This document shows positions 38,471 to 52,220 of a stretch of 64,000 bases of DNA, piece after piece. A model generated the notes under the pieces. It did not search any database. It saw nothing but the letters and a program-made list of their open reading frames with translations, and was not told where the DNA came from. How positions within the stretch are numbered: position 1 is the stretch's first letter; each line of letters begins with the position of its first letter. The DNA is from Mytilus trossulus (Eukaryota), in assembly GCF_036588685.1 (NCBI RefSeq), contig NC_086385.1, positions 34,991,216-35,055,215 on the forward strand. Reading direction: 5' to 3'. Made by a program: the position numbers and the translations under genes.

Positions 38471-40807
38471 TCGATTTGTTGTTGTTTGGTAGATTTTACA
38501 CAAAAAAGCATCAAAATATGATAAAACTTTCTTATATTAACACCTACCTATAGTTTTTGTAAGTTAAATTTATTCAGATTGGTCCACTTCATCTTTATGG
38601 AAAGTATGAAAAAAAGTTTAATTGTGGAACTGTGATTTTTTTCGCGATAATAGCCCAAAAATAGGTAAAAATCGATGAAAAGTGAGAAAATCATCAAAAT
38701 TGGACATTTTCAAAGGGCCGTAGCAAAAAAAGAAGCACACCACCATATGATTTTTTCTTCACCAATTGTTTTGTTACAGTCTTATAAACCTAAAAATCAG
38801 GTTAAGAAAAAAAGTTTAATTCTAGAAATTTTTGGCTCCTCAGAGGTGTACATCCTTAAATGTAAAAACATAGGTTTCCATAAGGTTGCCTGTTGTGTTT
38901 TTTAATTGTGTTCCTTGAATGTAAGAAGTTTGAAGGATGAACGCAAATATGTTAGAAAAATAAAAAAAAAAATATAAACATTCTAAACAAGAGAGGATTG
39001 AAGGTTAATGGCTGTGTTACCTTTTGGAATGACTGTGGTCCTTTCGCAGCAACAGTTTGCGAAACACTGAAATTAAACGGTCCAGGAAAACAGGCAGCTC
39101 AAATTGCCAAAATAAAAAGCTTGACACAACGTATTACGCACAAAAAACAGATGATATTCCTCATTTTCCTGAAATTCATCTATTATATACCAGCAAGTGT
39201 CACCAAGTTTAACGTGAGTTGGGCATAAAAAAGGCCAAATACCACGTAGTATTAAAATTAAAGTATGGGTCTAGCGCGGTGGGAGTTAAACCAGTCCGCG
39301 ACCGTATACATGGCACCAATACATATAGAAAAATTAACATCATCTGCGATCGCAGTCGGATAACCCTGGTATTCAGATAATGGACCAACTAGAAATGAGT
39401 CATGCACAGAATTATACAACCGCCTTAGTGCCAACATGCTGACCATTGGACAGAAAACGGCAGCTTATAGCTTCTGCATATCAGTGCTGTTATGAAATTG
39501 GACTCGTTGATGGTGTTTTTTAACGTTAAATGAAAATGACAAATACAGGTGGATGTATAGATTTAATTAAGCATTTAGAGTAAAATAACGAACATCAAAT
39601 TGGATATTTTAATACCAAATTTTAATACCAATTCGTGTTGCTCAGTCTTTTTCTAATTCTAACAAGCACACACGATAAGCTAAGAATGTGAACACGGTAT
39701 GGGGTTCCCCCTTGAAATTAAAATGTTGCTCCCTTACACTTAGCTAGACTGGAATACATTAAACGAAAATAGCTCATTAGCTATACGATATCAATTGGGA
39801 AGTGTATACGGTTAATATATGATAGATACTAGTAGATTAAATGCGGGTCAGCAATAGTTTAGCTGTTTTAGTTTTTGAACGTTTGCACTGGTATTAAAGT
39901 ATTTTTTAAATGCAGACTTCTTAAATTTTTACTGTTAGACTTGTCTCCTTCTGAAAAGTTAATTTGGAAAATCTATCCGAATAAATACAAATATTTGATA
40001 ATACTTAAAACATGTACAGTTATTTTAATGCAATAAATTACTTTTTTCTTTGTTTAAATAAAACAGTTTCACAATTTTATTGCCAACCTGCCATAAAATT
40101 TGCAGATTTAAGTAAAAAAAACTAGACCGAATATGTACTACGAAAGATGGCAATATGCAGTTTATCTTCCCTAAGTACGAAACATGCATTTTTATAATTA
40201 ATATAATCAGTTAACTACTGTACTAACAACAGGACTATATATAATATATTACAAATATTTGTATTGTATATAATCTAACGGTTATCCTTGTTGAAAATAG
40301 ACTAGTCCTAACGTCACAGTTGATTGATGTCGGCGTTAAAGCCATGTATTTGTATCTGTATCTTTATAAGAAATTTCCTTCTTCAAAGGAGCACTTCTTT
40401 TCAGAATCAGTATAAAGGTTCACAATATATATCTATAGGACTATATTTAAATGTCGATTTCTTAAAAATCCAAACAATTTTTTGTAATTGAAAAATAAAC
40501 GTTACTAAAGTAAATCGACAACCATATGGTCAAGGTATCATTATGTATTATAATATAAACAGTACGATTCTTTTTGTACCAGATGTACTTTTCTACAATT
40601 AATGTATCTTCAGTGATGACCAAGGCCAAATTACTTGAAAATCGAAAACCTATTACAAACTTCGAAGAACTGATAAAAAAGTATAGCCAAATCTCTGGAC
40701 ATGAAATCAGAGCATTGATATTATGAGTTGGTTCTAGCAAATATTTGAGGAATACAAACAGTATTACGTAATGAGATTCGATGCAGTTACAAGAATATAA
40801 TTATAAT

Positions 40808-41049
40808 TAAATGTGGTACCTTCGACCAACATACGTAATAAATCTCAAGACTTAAAGACAATAGTTGGGAGACTTTTGAAAAGGGACCCATGCTTTAACA
40901 TTATAAACAAAAAAATCCCGAAACATTATTAGTAATAATCTTAATTATAAGCAACAGACTTTCAAATATATGAATTAAAAAAAAACCCGGTGTAAAGTCT
41001 TGAGATTTATTATGTCACGATGTTAGTTGGTTGAAGGAACCGCATTTTA
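40808..41049. repeat. Imperfect inverted repeat (degenerate MITE-like)
   Basis: TAATAAATCTCAAGACTT pairs with AAGTCTTGAGATTTATTA, and the outer arms pair imperfectly. Confidence 0.55.
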
Positions 41050-42275
41050 TTATAGAATATATATTATACTCACAAAAGTTCTCCCTACTTTTTTACACAA
41101 TAAATAAAGACACAGTATATTTGTATTAATCTCAACTAGTAAAGTGTAAAATATTATGTGAAATTCACAATGAATGTAAAATGTAGAAACATTATTCCAC
41201 GTCTTTACTCTAATTTATAAGTTCAGCATAAAAAAATAGATCGCCAAAAAAAACATATGCATGACATAAGAGTTCAATTTAATTTGTGCATGATTAATAA
41301 AAAAAGATAACAATACAATTTAAAAAAATCATGATGCAAAAAAAAGAAACAATTGGATAATTTTATCAAACTAAAACAATGATAATGATAAAACTTAATT
41401 ATAAATCAAAATTAAACAAATATTTGAAAATAATTGAACATCACGACTTCAATATGTTTCGTCTGCTGCCAAGTGTAGGATTTCCCCACCTACAACACGC
41501 TACCATTCGTCCGTCAATGTTTACATCTACGTATGACGCGTATTTAAGAAGAAATCTCTATCAAACTTATCAAAAATCTCAGCTGATGATGTCGGTTTCA
41601 ACGGAGAAATTAATTTCTGCTGAGGATAATTCTTTACAATTACAGGTAAGCGAATGCGGAAGTATTATAATGCATAATAAGAATTATCATTTATTAAATA
41701 TGTTTAAAATATCATAGATAATAAACTTAGATAAAACACCTATATAACCCTAAATTATACAGATATACTAACTTTTTTCCATACACAATTGTCAATTTGT
41801 AATTATAGGCATATGATTGTTATTCAAGGCATGGAACATACATTTTTTGGATGGTGGTGGTGGTGGGAGGGAAAAAAAAGGGGGGGGGGGGTAGGGGTGT
41901 TTGTCGACTTCAATTCAGTTGAGTCAGTTTGTACTTATTTCCATCAAACGAACTACTCTGATTTGTAAAATTTTAATAATGAAAAATTATAACGAGCAAA
42001 CTATTTATATCTAAGAAAAAAACCTATATAAATTGAGAATGGAAATGGTGAATTATGTCAAAGAGCAGATAACAACCGAAGGCCACCAATGGGTCTTCAA
42101 GGTGTAATACCACCATTGATTATCCCTAATATTAGTCTGCACTTTTCAGAAAATTTTGCAGAATTGATCTTTGTTTCAAATAAAGAAATACTTGGCATCA
42201 GTTTTATCATGGCCTGTCCAATACTAAAGAAAAAAAATCCACACAGCATTTCATTGCATATAAGAAAATAACCAT

Positions 42276-42402
42276 CAGGGACGGATCCAGCCATTTTAAA
42301 AGGGGGGGTTCCAACTATTTGTCCCCATTCAAATGCATTTATCGGCCGAAAAAGGTGGGTGGGGTTCCAACCCCGGAACCCCCCCCCCTGGATCCGCCAA
42401 TG
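42276..42402. mobile_element. CAGGGGCGGATCCAG-family MITE in intron 1 of copy 3
   Basis: CAGGGACGGATCCAG ... CTGGATCCGCCAATG, TSD ACCAT. Confidence 0.8.
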
Positions 42403-43059
42403 ACCATAACTGCAGTTATCCAATCAAATTATCACCCCCTTTTTTTTTTTAACTGTGTGCAAGTTTAAGAAACCATGTAACCTCAAGTTTCCAAAATATT
42501 CTGTAGAAACCCAAATAAAAAAGTAATTGCGCTTTGAAATACCAAGATATATATGTTTATGACCCAGAAATGTTTACTGCATTGAAATGTATGATTAATT
42601 ATCCAAAACTGTCAAATTCAAGGGAATATTTTGGTTTTCGACCTATTTTCGTATGCAACTGGCTGTGACGTACCATGATTCTGTGGTATTACACATCAAC
42701 GCAAAAAGAAAGTCCCGCACCCGGAGGTGGGCCTCATCATACCCCTAAATAAAAAAAATGTACAAATTCATTGAAAATAGACGTCAAACTAATTGAAACT
42801 TCAAAACATTATAAAAGAACTAAAATTAAAAAAACATGCAAGACTAAAAAAGGCCATGTAGTTGCTCCTGACTTTAGGGACAGGCGCAAACAATGCAGCG
42901 GGGTTAAACATGATTTGTGAAATCTCAACCCTCCCCTATATCTCTAGGCTTATGTAGAATAAGGAAACACACAGCAAAACGCAAAGTAAACTCCGTTTAA
43001 ATGAAGTCTGAGTCCGATGTCAGAATAGGTTACTCGTTTAAATTGTTTTTCGGAACTTT

Positions 43060-43190
43060 TTATAGCTGACTATGCGGTATGGGCTTTGCTCATTGTTGAA
43101 GGCCGTATGGTGACATATAATTGTTAATTTCTGTGTCATTTTGGTCTCTCGTGGAGAGTTGTCTCATTGCAATGACAATCATACCACATG
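43060..43190 (+). repeat. Abundant interspersed SINE-tail-like repeat (CATTGTTGAAGGCCGTACGGTGACC family)
   Basis: The same ~130-bp block recurs at ~4750-4870, 14265-14380, 18890-19060 (inverted), 26815-26950, 57330-57460 and 59910-60030. Confidence 0.75.
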
Positions 43191-43264
43191 CAAACTAAGC
43201 AAAATGAAATACCGTATATAGTTCTGTTTCAAAAGCATACAAGGACACAACTTATTTTTGAAAC

Positions 43265-43400
43265 TCAATGTTGAATTAATACCCGCTCCTCCCTTAATTT
43301 GCACTATTTACCTCCTTTACGTAACAAGTAATGGCTTCAATGCTGAATTAATACCCGTCCCTCCCCTAATTTGCACTATTTATCTCCTTTACGTAACAAG
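43265..43400. repeat. 72-bp tandem duplication
   Basis: TCAATG.TGAATTAATACCCG.....CC.TAATTTGCACTATTTA.CTCCTTTACGTAACAAG occurs twice. Confidence 0.85.
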
Positions 43401-44986
43401 AAATGTCTTTTCAGGAAATTTAGAATCACAATATTTTTTAAACAAAGCATACCTCTCCCCAACACAATAAATGCTACTTTAAAGTTCGACTGTTTTTAAA
43501 AGATAAACAAGTTAGGAGTGTAAATTTCACATTGGTATCTATCGCCTCTATAAGATAAATATTTTAACTATTTGAGAGATGCTAATCGTACAAATACAGC
43601 ACACTTTTTATTGTTCAAAATACCAGATACTACAGTTCTGAGGCCCCTCATGGGGATATCCAAGTAATCACACAATTACAAGTTTTTAAACAAAATAATC
43701 AGATAATCATTTGTAACATTTTTAAACAATATAATAAAATAATCAAAAATACGATCGTGAAATATCAAATAATCAAGTAATTATGAAATAAAAAGTCTAC
43801 TCTTGTAATCAAATAATCACATAATCAAGGACTGACTGACGGACTGACGGAAGGACAGACAGAGGTAAAACAGTATACCCTCCCTTTTTTAAAGCGGGGG
43901 TATAAAAAAACCATGAGGAGAATCATTATTTGATGCAAATGCACACATTCCTATTTACATGATTTACTTCCAGAATTATAATTGTGATCAATAATGATAA
44001 TGATATAATATTGATAACGATGATATTACATATAAATATGATAATGAAATGTTATATCCATTTTAACAGAAAATTGTGTGAAAAAATTAAATTTAAATGT
44101 CACGTACTTTCTAAAATGTAATATTATACATTTTTCATGGCAAACACTTATATTTATAGAAAGTGCATGTCAATGATATTTGATCCATTGTAAATATAAA
44201 AAATGCCAGTAAGCCAAGTATACCTACTTGAATAAACATTAAGTATACTCTCAAAAATCTTCACATTTTTTGTTAAGTTAAGTAAACAAAAAAAGTGCAT
44301 TGACTTTTCTTAGATAAACATTTTTAAGATAATGTGCGTTCGGAAATGGGAATCTGTTCTACTTTTTTTGACGTTTCATTTATCTTTTCGTTTCCGTTTG
44401 AAGGTCGGCTCGTAGGCAATCATGAAATATCATCTTTTTTTTTTAAATGGAAGCTTTTTACGAAATAATTATATATCTATATAAGTTCTATTAATTCTCT
44501 ATGTATTTTTAACACAAGGAAATTCAGTCTGGCATCTTCATTTATTGTTATTCAAAGACACTTACTTTTGCATTTAGGACGAGATTACTAGGAAGCAGGA
44601 GGAACTAGCTAAGAAGGCAGAGGAATATACGACGACAGTAGGTAGTTATACTGCCTGGAACACAAACGTAGATCTAGGACCTCCCGACTCAACTGTCTCA
44701 CTGACCAAAGATGATGTACATATCCAGGATTACTACAATGCTTTACAATATAGTTTGTTTGAGAACAATCTTCCCGAGACTATCGACAGAACGCAGAAAC
44801 CGAGAACATGCCACCCGGATACGGAAGTTGCAATCGTTGTTTTGGCATCACCAGTGGAATGTCTAGCGATATTGCTAGAAGGTGGACGACAATGTCCGGG
44901 CGAAATGTTACTGGTGATGTCACCTACCTGGCTCATTAAGGATAAATCTAATAAAGGTGAAGGTCAACACTCGCTTTTTGTTAAAA

Positions 44987-45022
44987 CTGAGACTACTATA
45001 ACATGTGTTATAGTAGTCTCAG
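44987..45022. mobile_element. 36-bp palindromic micro-element with 7-bp TSD, in exon 2 of copy 3
   Basis: CTGAGACTACTATAACA-TG-TGTTATAGTAGTCTCAG (perfect 17-bp arms) between direct repeats GTTAAAA (44980-44986, 45023-45029). Absent at the homologous site in copies 1 and 2. Confidence 0.85.
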
Positions 45023-48000
45023 GTTAAAAAGGCAATTGTTTTTGATCGTACCGGAACTTCCTTTATCGATGTGTTTTAGAAACCTAGACGGTGTACCTAC
45101 TTTGTGAACTTCTTCTCACGTGCATGTACTGATGGACAAAGAAACGATGGTGTTGATGTTGAGTTGGATTTGGACTGCCCGATGTCCAGTTCTGTTGAGC
45201 TGTATAAATACGTGGACGATAAACTATTGACTCGTATATGGATGGCGGAAGCGGGTGTGCATTACCCAGAAACACTAGCAGTTGTGTACAAACCGGCGTA
45301 TGAGTACAATGTCCCAAAATGATGCACATATTGAAGTTATAGTTGTTGAAAGAAAAAAGGACGTAAACAATTACATTGAAGACAAAGTTAAGCATTTCCT
45401 GAAGTTAGAAAATATTGAGTCAATAGGAAAGGTAAACTACTTTGATTTGAGGCAATGTTTTTTTTCTTGTATCTTCTGGTGTATTTTTTCTCCTTCATCA
45501 GAATAATGTTTTATCTCATTTATTAAGCAATTACTCATATACTGAACACAGACAACCGATGTACTTAAAACTTCGTGATGATTCAGATCTTCAAGGGTCA
45601 CGTGATGCTCATAGTCTTATCATTCATTTTCAGATAAATGTTTTGAAATATTTCTTTTTTTTCAAGTTTAAATACAGAAACTGTCTGAATATTTAGAAAT
45701 TTAAAGATATCAGTCTTGTCTTGAATTACCACAAATTGCAACATTTTCTACGATAAAGACCACAGAAGAAAATTAACTAGCAAGATCCGACGCTGTGTGA
45801 GGTTTTACTGTTTTGTTTAATTAGTGAATGCAAATGGAAAAAAAAAATGTATTCGTGAATGATAGGTTTTTCTTTAGATATCATAATGCATTTTCCATAA
45901 CCTTGATCTTTCTGGATTTTCCAATGATCCTCAAAGTCCAATATTTGTTGCAAAAGTTCTTTTACCAAAGGGAGCGTAGCGCTCTCTTTACTAGTAATCA
46001 CTCCCATTTTTGATAGAACGTATAATAAAAAGAAAAATCCCGAATTGAAAGAAAAAAATCATCATATGAGTGTTGTTAGCTGGTAATTTATATATTTTTA
46101 GAGAATTTCTAATGACTGAAAATTCTTAATTCAGATTTAAATGAACATATCAATTAAGCAATGCTTTCCAAAATTCACAGTATTCACCGAACTTAGCATG
46201 CATGACACATTTGCCACTGGACATAAAACAAACAACAATCAGTTAATAAAGTATTTATACAAGATTATCATAATTTATTTTACTAGATCGTGGTTAAACC
46301 CTCTGGTATTATGTGGCATGGCAGTAGATGCGTGTCGTTCCACGAAGTGGCAAATGTGGAAGACATTTGTAAAGCTGTGACGGACTTTTTATCCATATTG
46401 GAAGTAGAAAATGCTGTAATGATTGAGGGATTTTATCACCCTGTAGAATCAACAAACCCAAAACTAGGTAATAAATACAATGTCATATCTAAAAACATGA
46501 TTCACTCAGAAAAGGGTCTGTCCTCAAAACGTGCCAAGTCAACGCCACTGTGTGTCGAAACATGTTTCAATGGTTTTTTTGCGCTTTACGTGACATGTCC
46601 TTACACTAGCGCCCGATCGTGTACATTTTTGAAAACGTCGAAATGTGTCCACATTTATGAAACCAAGTCAATGGTTTAAAAACATGTCCAAATAACAACT
46701 TCCTTTCTACAGGAGTCACAGCAGAACATAGCCTTTATTCTGACTGATAATAGGATATATTTGCAATAGACAAGTGTATCACCTTCAGTAGAAATGTAAG
46801 AGTCCACGTGCAGATATGTTTCAAGAAATCGTTCTACTGAATGCACGTACGCGTGCGAGGTATGATTTCATAATTTAATAATTCTGTATAGCAGAGGCAC
46901 AGTAGTGTTTTGTTGCAGTATATAATAGCAAGCTTGATCAGATGAAATTCAACAATTTCTATTGTTTGCTTACATTTTTTACGTGTTTTGGCAAGGTTAT
47001 AATTCGGACACGTTTGAGCGATGTTATTATAACAGGAAACTCAGTTAATGGGCATCAACATTGACAATTTCGGGCTGTTTGTATCTGTCACCAGCCTTAT
47101 TCCAGTTTACCAGATTATTTTGATTACGAGTGTACTGTATACTAAACACGAAACACACATGAAACTTTTTATTTCATATTAGACTTGAAATGTCTGCCTA
47201 TCATTACATAAGTTGAACTTGACTTTACATTCAGTGTTAAGCAAGTATCATTCAATCTTTTCAGCTGATTATTCGTTCAGATTGAGGACCAATGTATGCA
47301 GAAGAATAGACGATACACCAACTGCAACCCAGATGGTTTGTGGGATAGGTCTGAAAAAATCAACCAATCAATGGCGACAACCCTATTCCACATTCATTCG
47401 AAACAACAATGCAAATGTGGAACATGGATAAAGCAGAAATAAAACGACTATTACATACTGTATCCCAAGGTTCGGAAAAGATCATGGATAGTATTATTGC
47501 ATTTGAACGAACGCTTTCAACAGATTTAAGAGGAGGTGTCGGAGCTCAAACGGATCTTATCGGTATGTCGTCTTTTGTTTTGTATTTTTAATGTTCCTTT
47601 GTTGTTTTCTAAAGGATTCGTCATATTACAGAGTACTCATTTAATTCACCACCTTGAAAGGTTTAGATCTCCTTTTTTTTTCTTAAAGTAAAACATATCA
47701 TATTTTTTAGTCCTTTGCAATGTGAAAAAAACCACGTAAAACTGAGAAAATATAAAAAATATACTCTGTATAGTTAATTATATATAAAGTAGTTGATACA
47801 TTGTTATAAAAAGACCAAAACAGAAGCAATGTATAGAAAACTTAAGCCCAAGAATCACAACTTCACGAACAACCAATAATCTCAGTTTCTCCTGCGTCAC
47901 ATGTGACACCCGCCATGTTTCTCCTCATACCGTGATAAATATCAACAAAGAAACAAGAAAATATCTATGAAGTTATGACTTTATAATTTAGTTATTACTA

Positions 48001-50870
48001 TTTCACGTTTTATGTTTCGCAATTGTTTTGATAGGTATAGACTACGTTCTGGGAATGGTAAACGGACAAATGGAACCAGTCGGAATAGAAGTGAACAGTC
48101 ATGACTGTACCATTAATTGTCAGTTGTTTGAGTTCTTAAATCCCCACAGACAGGGAGAAGCAGTGAAACCACTAGTGGAGACCATGATAAGACGTTCACA
48201 GCTGTTTGCCATGCAAGACAAAACTGTTCTTGTAATCGGAGCTGGAGGTTTTAGCAAAATGTTTATTTGGGACAGCTATAAATCGTTTGGTATCAATGTA
48301 AGTCATTTGATATTTAAGGGAGAGATGTAAGAACTGAGAGGACATTTAAACTTATAAGTCTAAACACACTGGTGAAAAACGAAATAGAAAAAGATAAATC
48401 ACAGTTTTCAAAACACTCGCACTGTTTGAAGGCTTTACGCAATATGTATGATAATTTATTATGATGTCTATCGTATTAATAATGTCTTGGTGTGTGTATT
48501 TTATATAGAAATAAGAAGATGAGATATTAAATATGTGCAAATGAGCATAATCTCAATTCAAATCACAGTGTGTAAAACTTAAAACAATTATAGGTCAACG
48601 TATGGCTTTCAACACGAAGCCTTGGCTCACGTATACCATTGAGAATGGAGATTGGGAATATGTCAAAGAGACAACAACTCGATCAAATAGCAGAACACAA
48701 CCGAAGGCTACCAACTAGTCTTCAACGCAGCGAGAAAATCCCGCATTTTATATTCATTATAGATTCTCATTTTCGATATCTAGAACAACTAACCCAAACA
48801 CATTGCCGAACCTGGCATGAATTTACCTTGAAAACTTAAAGATAAATATTTCCTATATATTCATTATATTATAGGTTGTTCTAGTTGATCCTGACGATTC
48901 GTCGTATGCTGCATCTAAGGCAACGCATTTTATACAATACAACTTCCTCGACCACAAACATGACGATGACCATGCTACATACATTATAAAGCTTCTTAAA
49001 GAGAGAGGGTTGGATGTTAAGAGCTGATCTCAGAGAATACCATGCAAAATGGTCCAGAAGCAAGGTTATCCAAATTTTATATAATTTGGACAGTAAGTTG
49101 TTGCATGGATAAGCTTTCAAATGACAAATTATTTTTTCTCAAAAATTTAAAATGGCTGTCTCATGGCGTCCATCTGGGAAATCCAGGTTTTCTTAAAATG
49201 GCCTCAAAATAACAGCAAAATGTAGGCAAATAAAAACAATTTTTTTTTTACACTGAATTAACTCATACAAACACTATACATTATTTGATACACAAACATA
49301 GTACAATTTGTTTTTACCTTATTTCAAACCTTAATTAAATTGTCATCAAAGGGAGGCAACTTTTTAAAAATGGCAATTTGCCAAAAAAATGAAAACAACC
49401 CAAATTTCCAATGTTTAAAGGTATGTAGCGCCTAAAATAACACTTTATTTTTCAAATCACTTTTATGAATGGATAAAACTACTACTCCATACTGCTTTCA
49501 TAAAATATTGTGCTTGGGATTTGAGAATGAAAAAATTTTTGCCACTTCAAAATTTGCTGATTTGGGAAAAAAATTATGTTTTCAAAAAAATGGTGGGCTC
49601 AATATCTATACCTTAACTGATCCACTGAATATGACTTATCTTAAATGGTTCTATGATAAAGAAACATTTATGTATGTTATTTAGTTCATTTTCCTTTTAA
49701 AATGATTTATTCGGAAATAAGCACCCACCCCAAAAAAAAAGGGGGGGGGGTCGAATACGCATGAATTTTCTGTATGCAACATCTTTTTCTTTTTAAGAAT
49801 ATTTAAATTTTTCTTGTTGTTAGAAATGAATATTAATCATTTTGTTCAGTTTAATATCAGATTTATCATAAACTATTCCTTTGCCATTGTAATAAATAGT
49901 TATAAATATGTTCCAAAAATTGATAACGAAAAGACCATAGTGACACTTGAGTGAAAACTATGATTTTGTTGAAACTTTTCAAAAAATAATCAAAATAAAC
50001 AGTCTCTTAAAAAAAATCTGGCACTGACTTTGAATAAAGTTATAATTTCAGTTATACATTGTACCATTATTGTCCCAGTCAGAAAAATATTTTTATCCGA
50101 TTTATATAGTGTGTTAAAGTTTCTATGTACTTGTTCAAACTGAACTCCTAATGAAATGTTAAACTAAAAACCACCTTAATCATGATAATATTTTCATCAA
50201 AATTATTTAAATAAAATGCAAATACAAAGTATAAAATAATAACTTGAAAAATCAACATGATTAATTCTTGCATCCATGTACATTCATATTGACAATATAC
50301 ACTTGGTTTTTGAGATCAAAGGAGAAAAAAATCTGGTTGTATTTCTTTTTCATGAATAAATGTGTTTAATAAAAAAAAATGTATCCTTCATAATTCTGTA
50401 ATTAACATATTATAATCAACAAATGATCTAAAAAAAAGAAAATATTTTCTAACTTTTAGTGACAATTGATTTGTAAAAATGCATATAAAGACAAAGTCCT
50501 GTTTTGTCGTCAACATCTTAGTATAAATAAGTCTCCTATCCAAGACTTTTGGCATACATCATGTACATTGTATAACAGTCATATTCAGGAGATAATAATT
50601 TTTATAGATCATAAAAAATATCTCTTCCTGTCACAATTTCAAACAACTTATAGACAAAATGACAGAAGGAGATGTGGGATACATTTCCACAAGACAGCAT
50701 TCCAACAACACAAAATAAGCATTTTTTTTAAAACTTCAATTTTTATGGGATCATCAAAACTTCATCTACAGTAATAAAAGCAGAACTTTCTAGATATTTA
50801 TAGCAGAAAAAACCTCGTTTACAATACCAACAGCATTTTCATTATAATCATTCATTTCTAACATAGATAT

Positions 50871-52220
50871 GGGCGTTTTTCAATAAAAGCGTACTTTTCA
50901 GACCTAAAAAAATGGAAAATCAACTTGTCTTAAATTTAATTTCAAGAGTTATTTGGAATACCTCTGTAATAGACCTGTTTGTAAACAAAATGTGCAATCT
51001 TAAATATTCTTTAAAATGATATTATTTTCATAATTTGTGAACTGTTTCGTAGGGGACTTTTGTCCCCTACGAAACTTCTTCTAAACACACATAATTTTTG
51101 CAATTTTAAATGTTTCCGATAGACATTCTAGTTTGTTTACTTTAAATACTAGACAAATATCATTTTTTTCTGAATTGGAAAACCATTTTTATCGATAAAG
51201 ATTAGACAGTACTTCACACATGAAGGTTCAACTCATGTTACGTAGTGGACATTTTGATGCGTTTCGTAGTGGACAAAACCGTTTCGTAGTGGACAAAAAG
51301 TTTCGTAGTTGACATCAACCCTATTATATGTTAATAAAAACATATTAAAAATTACATGAAACTAACCCTTGTTATTTGTTTTGCACGAATATAATTTAAA
51401 AAAGATTTTAAAAAGACTGCATGTTAGTGGTAGTGTCCACTACGAAACGTTTTTCTCCCATTCTTGTTTCGTAGGGGACCGTTTCGTAAGGGACGTATTC
51501 GCATGTTTTATTTTCCCCCCACAATCCCTATATTGCAATAGTAACAAGACTGATTGTACTCATCAAAGCATTTATCAAGCTGTACACTGATATTTTTTTC
51601 ATAATTTTAAAACCAGATACTGAAGGAGATTTGACCCGTTTCGTAGTGGACATAATCAAAAATACGGTATCACTCTGGTCCATTTGATGTGCTCAATTTT
51701 TCTTACCAACAATTTAATTGCCGTTATAAAAGCATCACTTCCTTTGTAAGACCCTAATGTTTATATCTTCTGCAAACAAAAATTATATTGATTTTATAAA
51801 ACTGTTTATAGGCAAATAATAATTACTTCGTTTCGTAGTGGACATTTTTTTAGGGACACACCTTCTGAAATTAAAAAAAACTATATTGAAAGTTGTTTAT
51901 TAAAATATCTTGGCTCTGAACATACTTTTGAATTATTGAAGAACTTATGTAAAGTAAAAAAAAAAATTATTTCTTCATTTTTGTACGATATGTTAGAGTA
52001 TGAATGTTGAACAAGCGGTCTAGGGACATGCCATTTTGGTTGTTTTGGACCATTCAGGAGTCAATATATTATCAATCCCTCTAAAAACAAACTGTTTCTT
52101 TGCTTAAAATGTTAAATCTAATTCAATGTACTGACTGCACAAAAAATTACTTTCAAAGATCAAACACATTTTTTTTAAAGTAGCTGGGACAAGAAAATAC
52201 GTTTTTATTGAAAAACGCCC
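50871..52220. mobile_element. 1.35-kb non-autonomous TIR element (GGG...CCC, 4-bp ATAT TSD) nested in the transposase 3-prime end
   Basis: TIRs GGGCGTTTTTCAATAAAA(G/A)CGTA, ATAT at 50867-50870 and 52221-52224, many internal TTTCGTAGTGGACA motifs. Excision restores an open frame EVISMLEMNDY...INI-stop. Confidence 0.85.

Larger units (their letters stand above)
25353..39550 (+). pseudogene. CARNS1-like copy 2, pseudogene
   Basis: Exons 25353-25397, 27074-27882, 28534-28714, 29353-29553 plus 36749-36844 (split by LINE), 37806-38068, and a decayed exon 6 at ~38980-39550. Lesions: 1-bp deletion and 4-bp insertion early in exon 2 with a TAG between them, frameshift near 27825, LINE insertion, and internal deletion, frameshifts and truncation in exon 6. 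Confidence 0.88.

Noticed and set aside
38249-38521. ORF with TDSGNLHHCIIYRVV repeats
   Set aside because: Translation of a 45-bp intronic tandem repeat.
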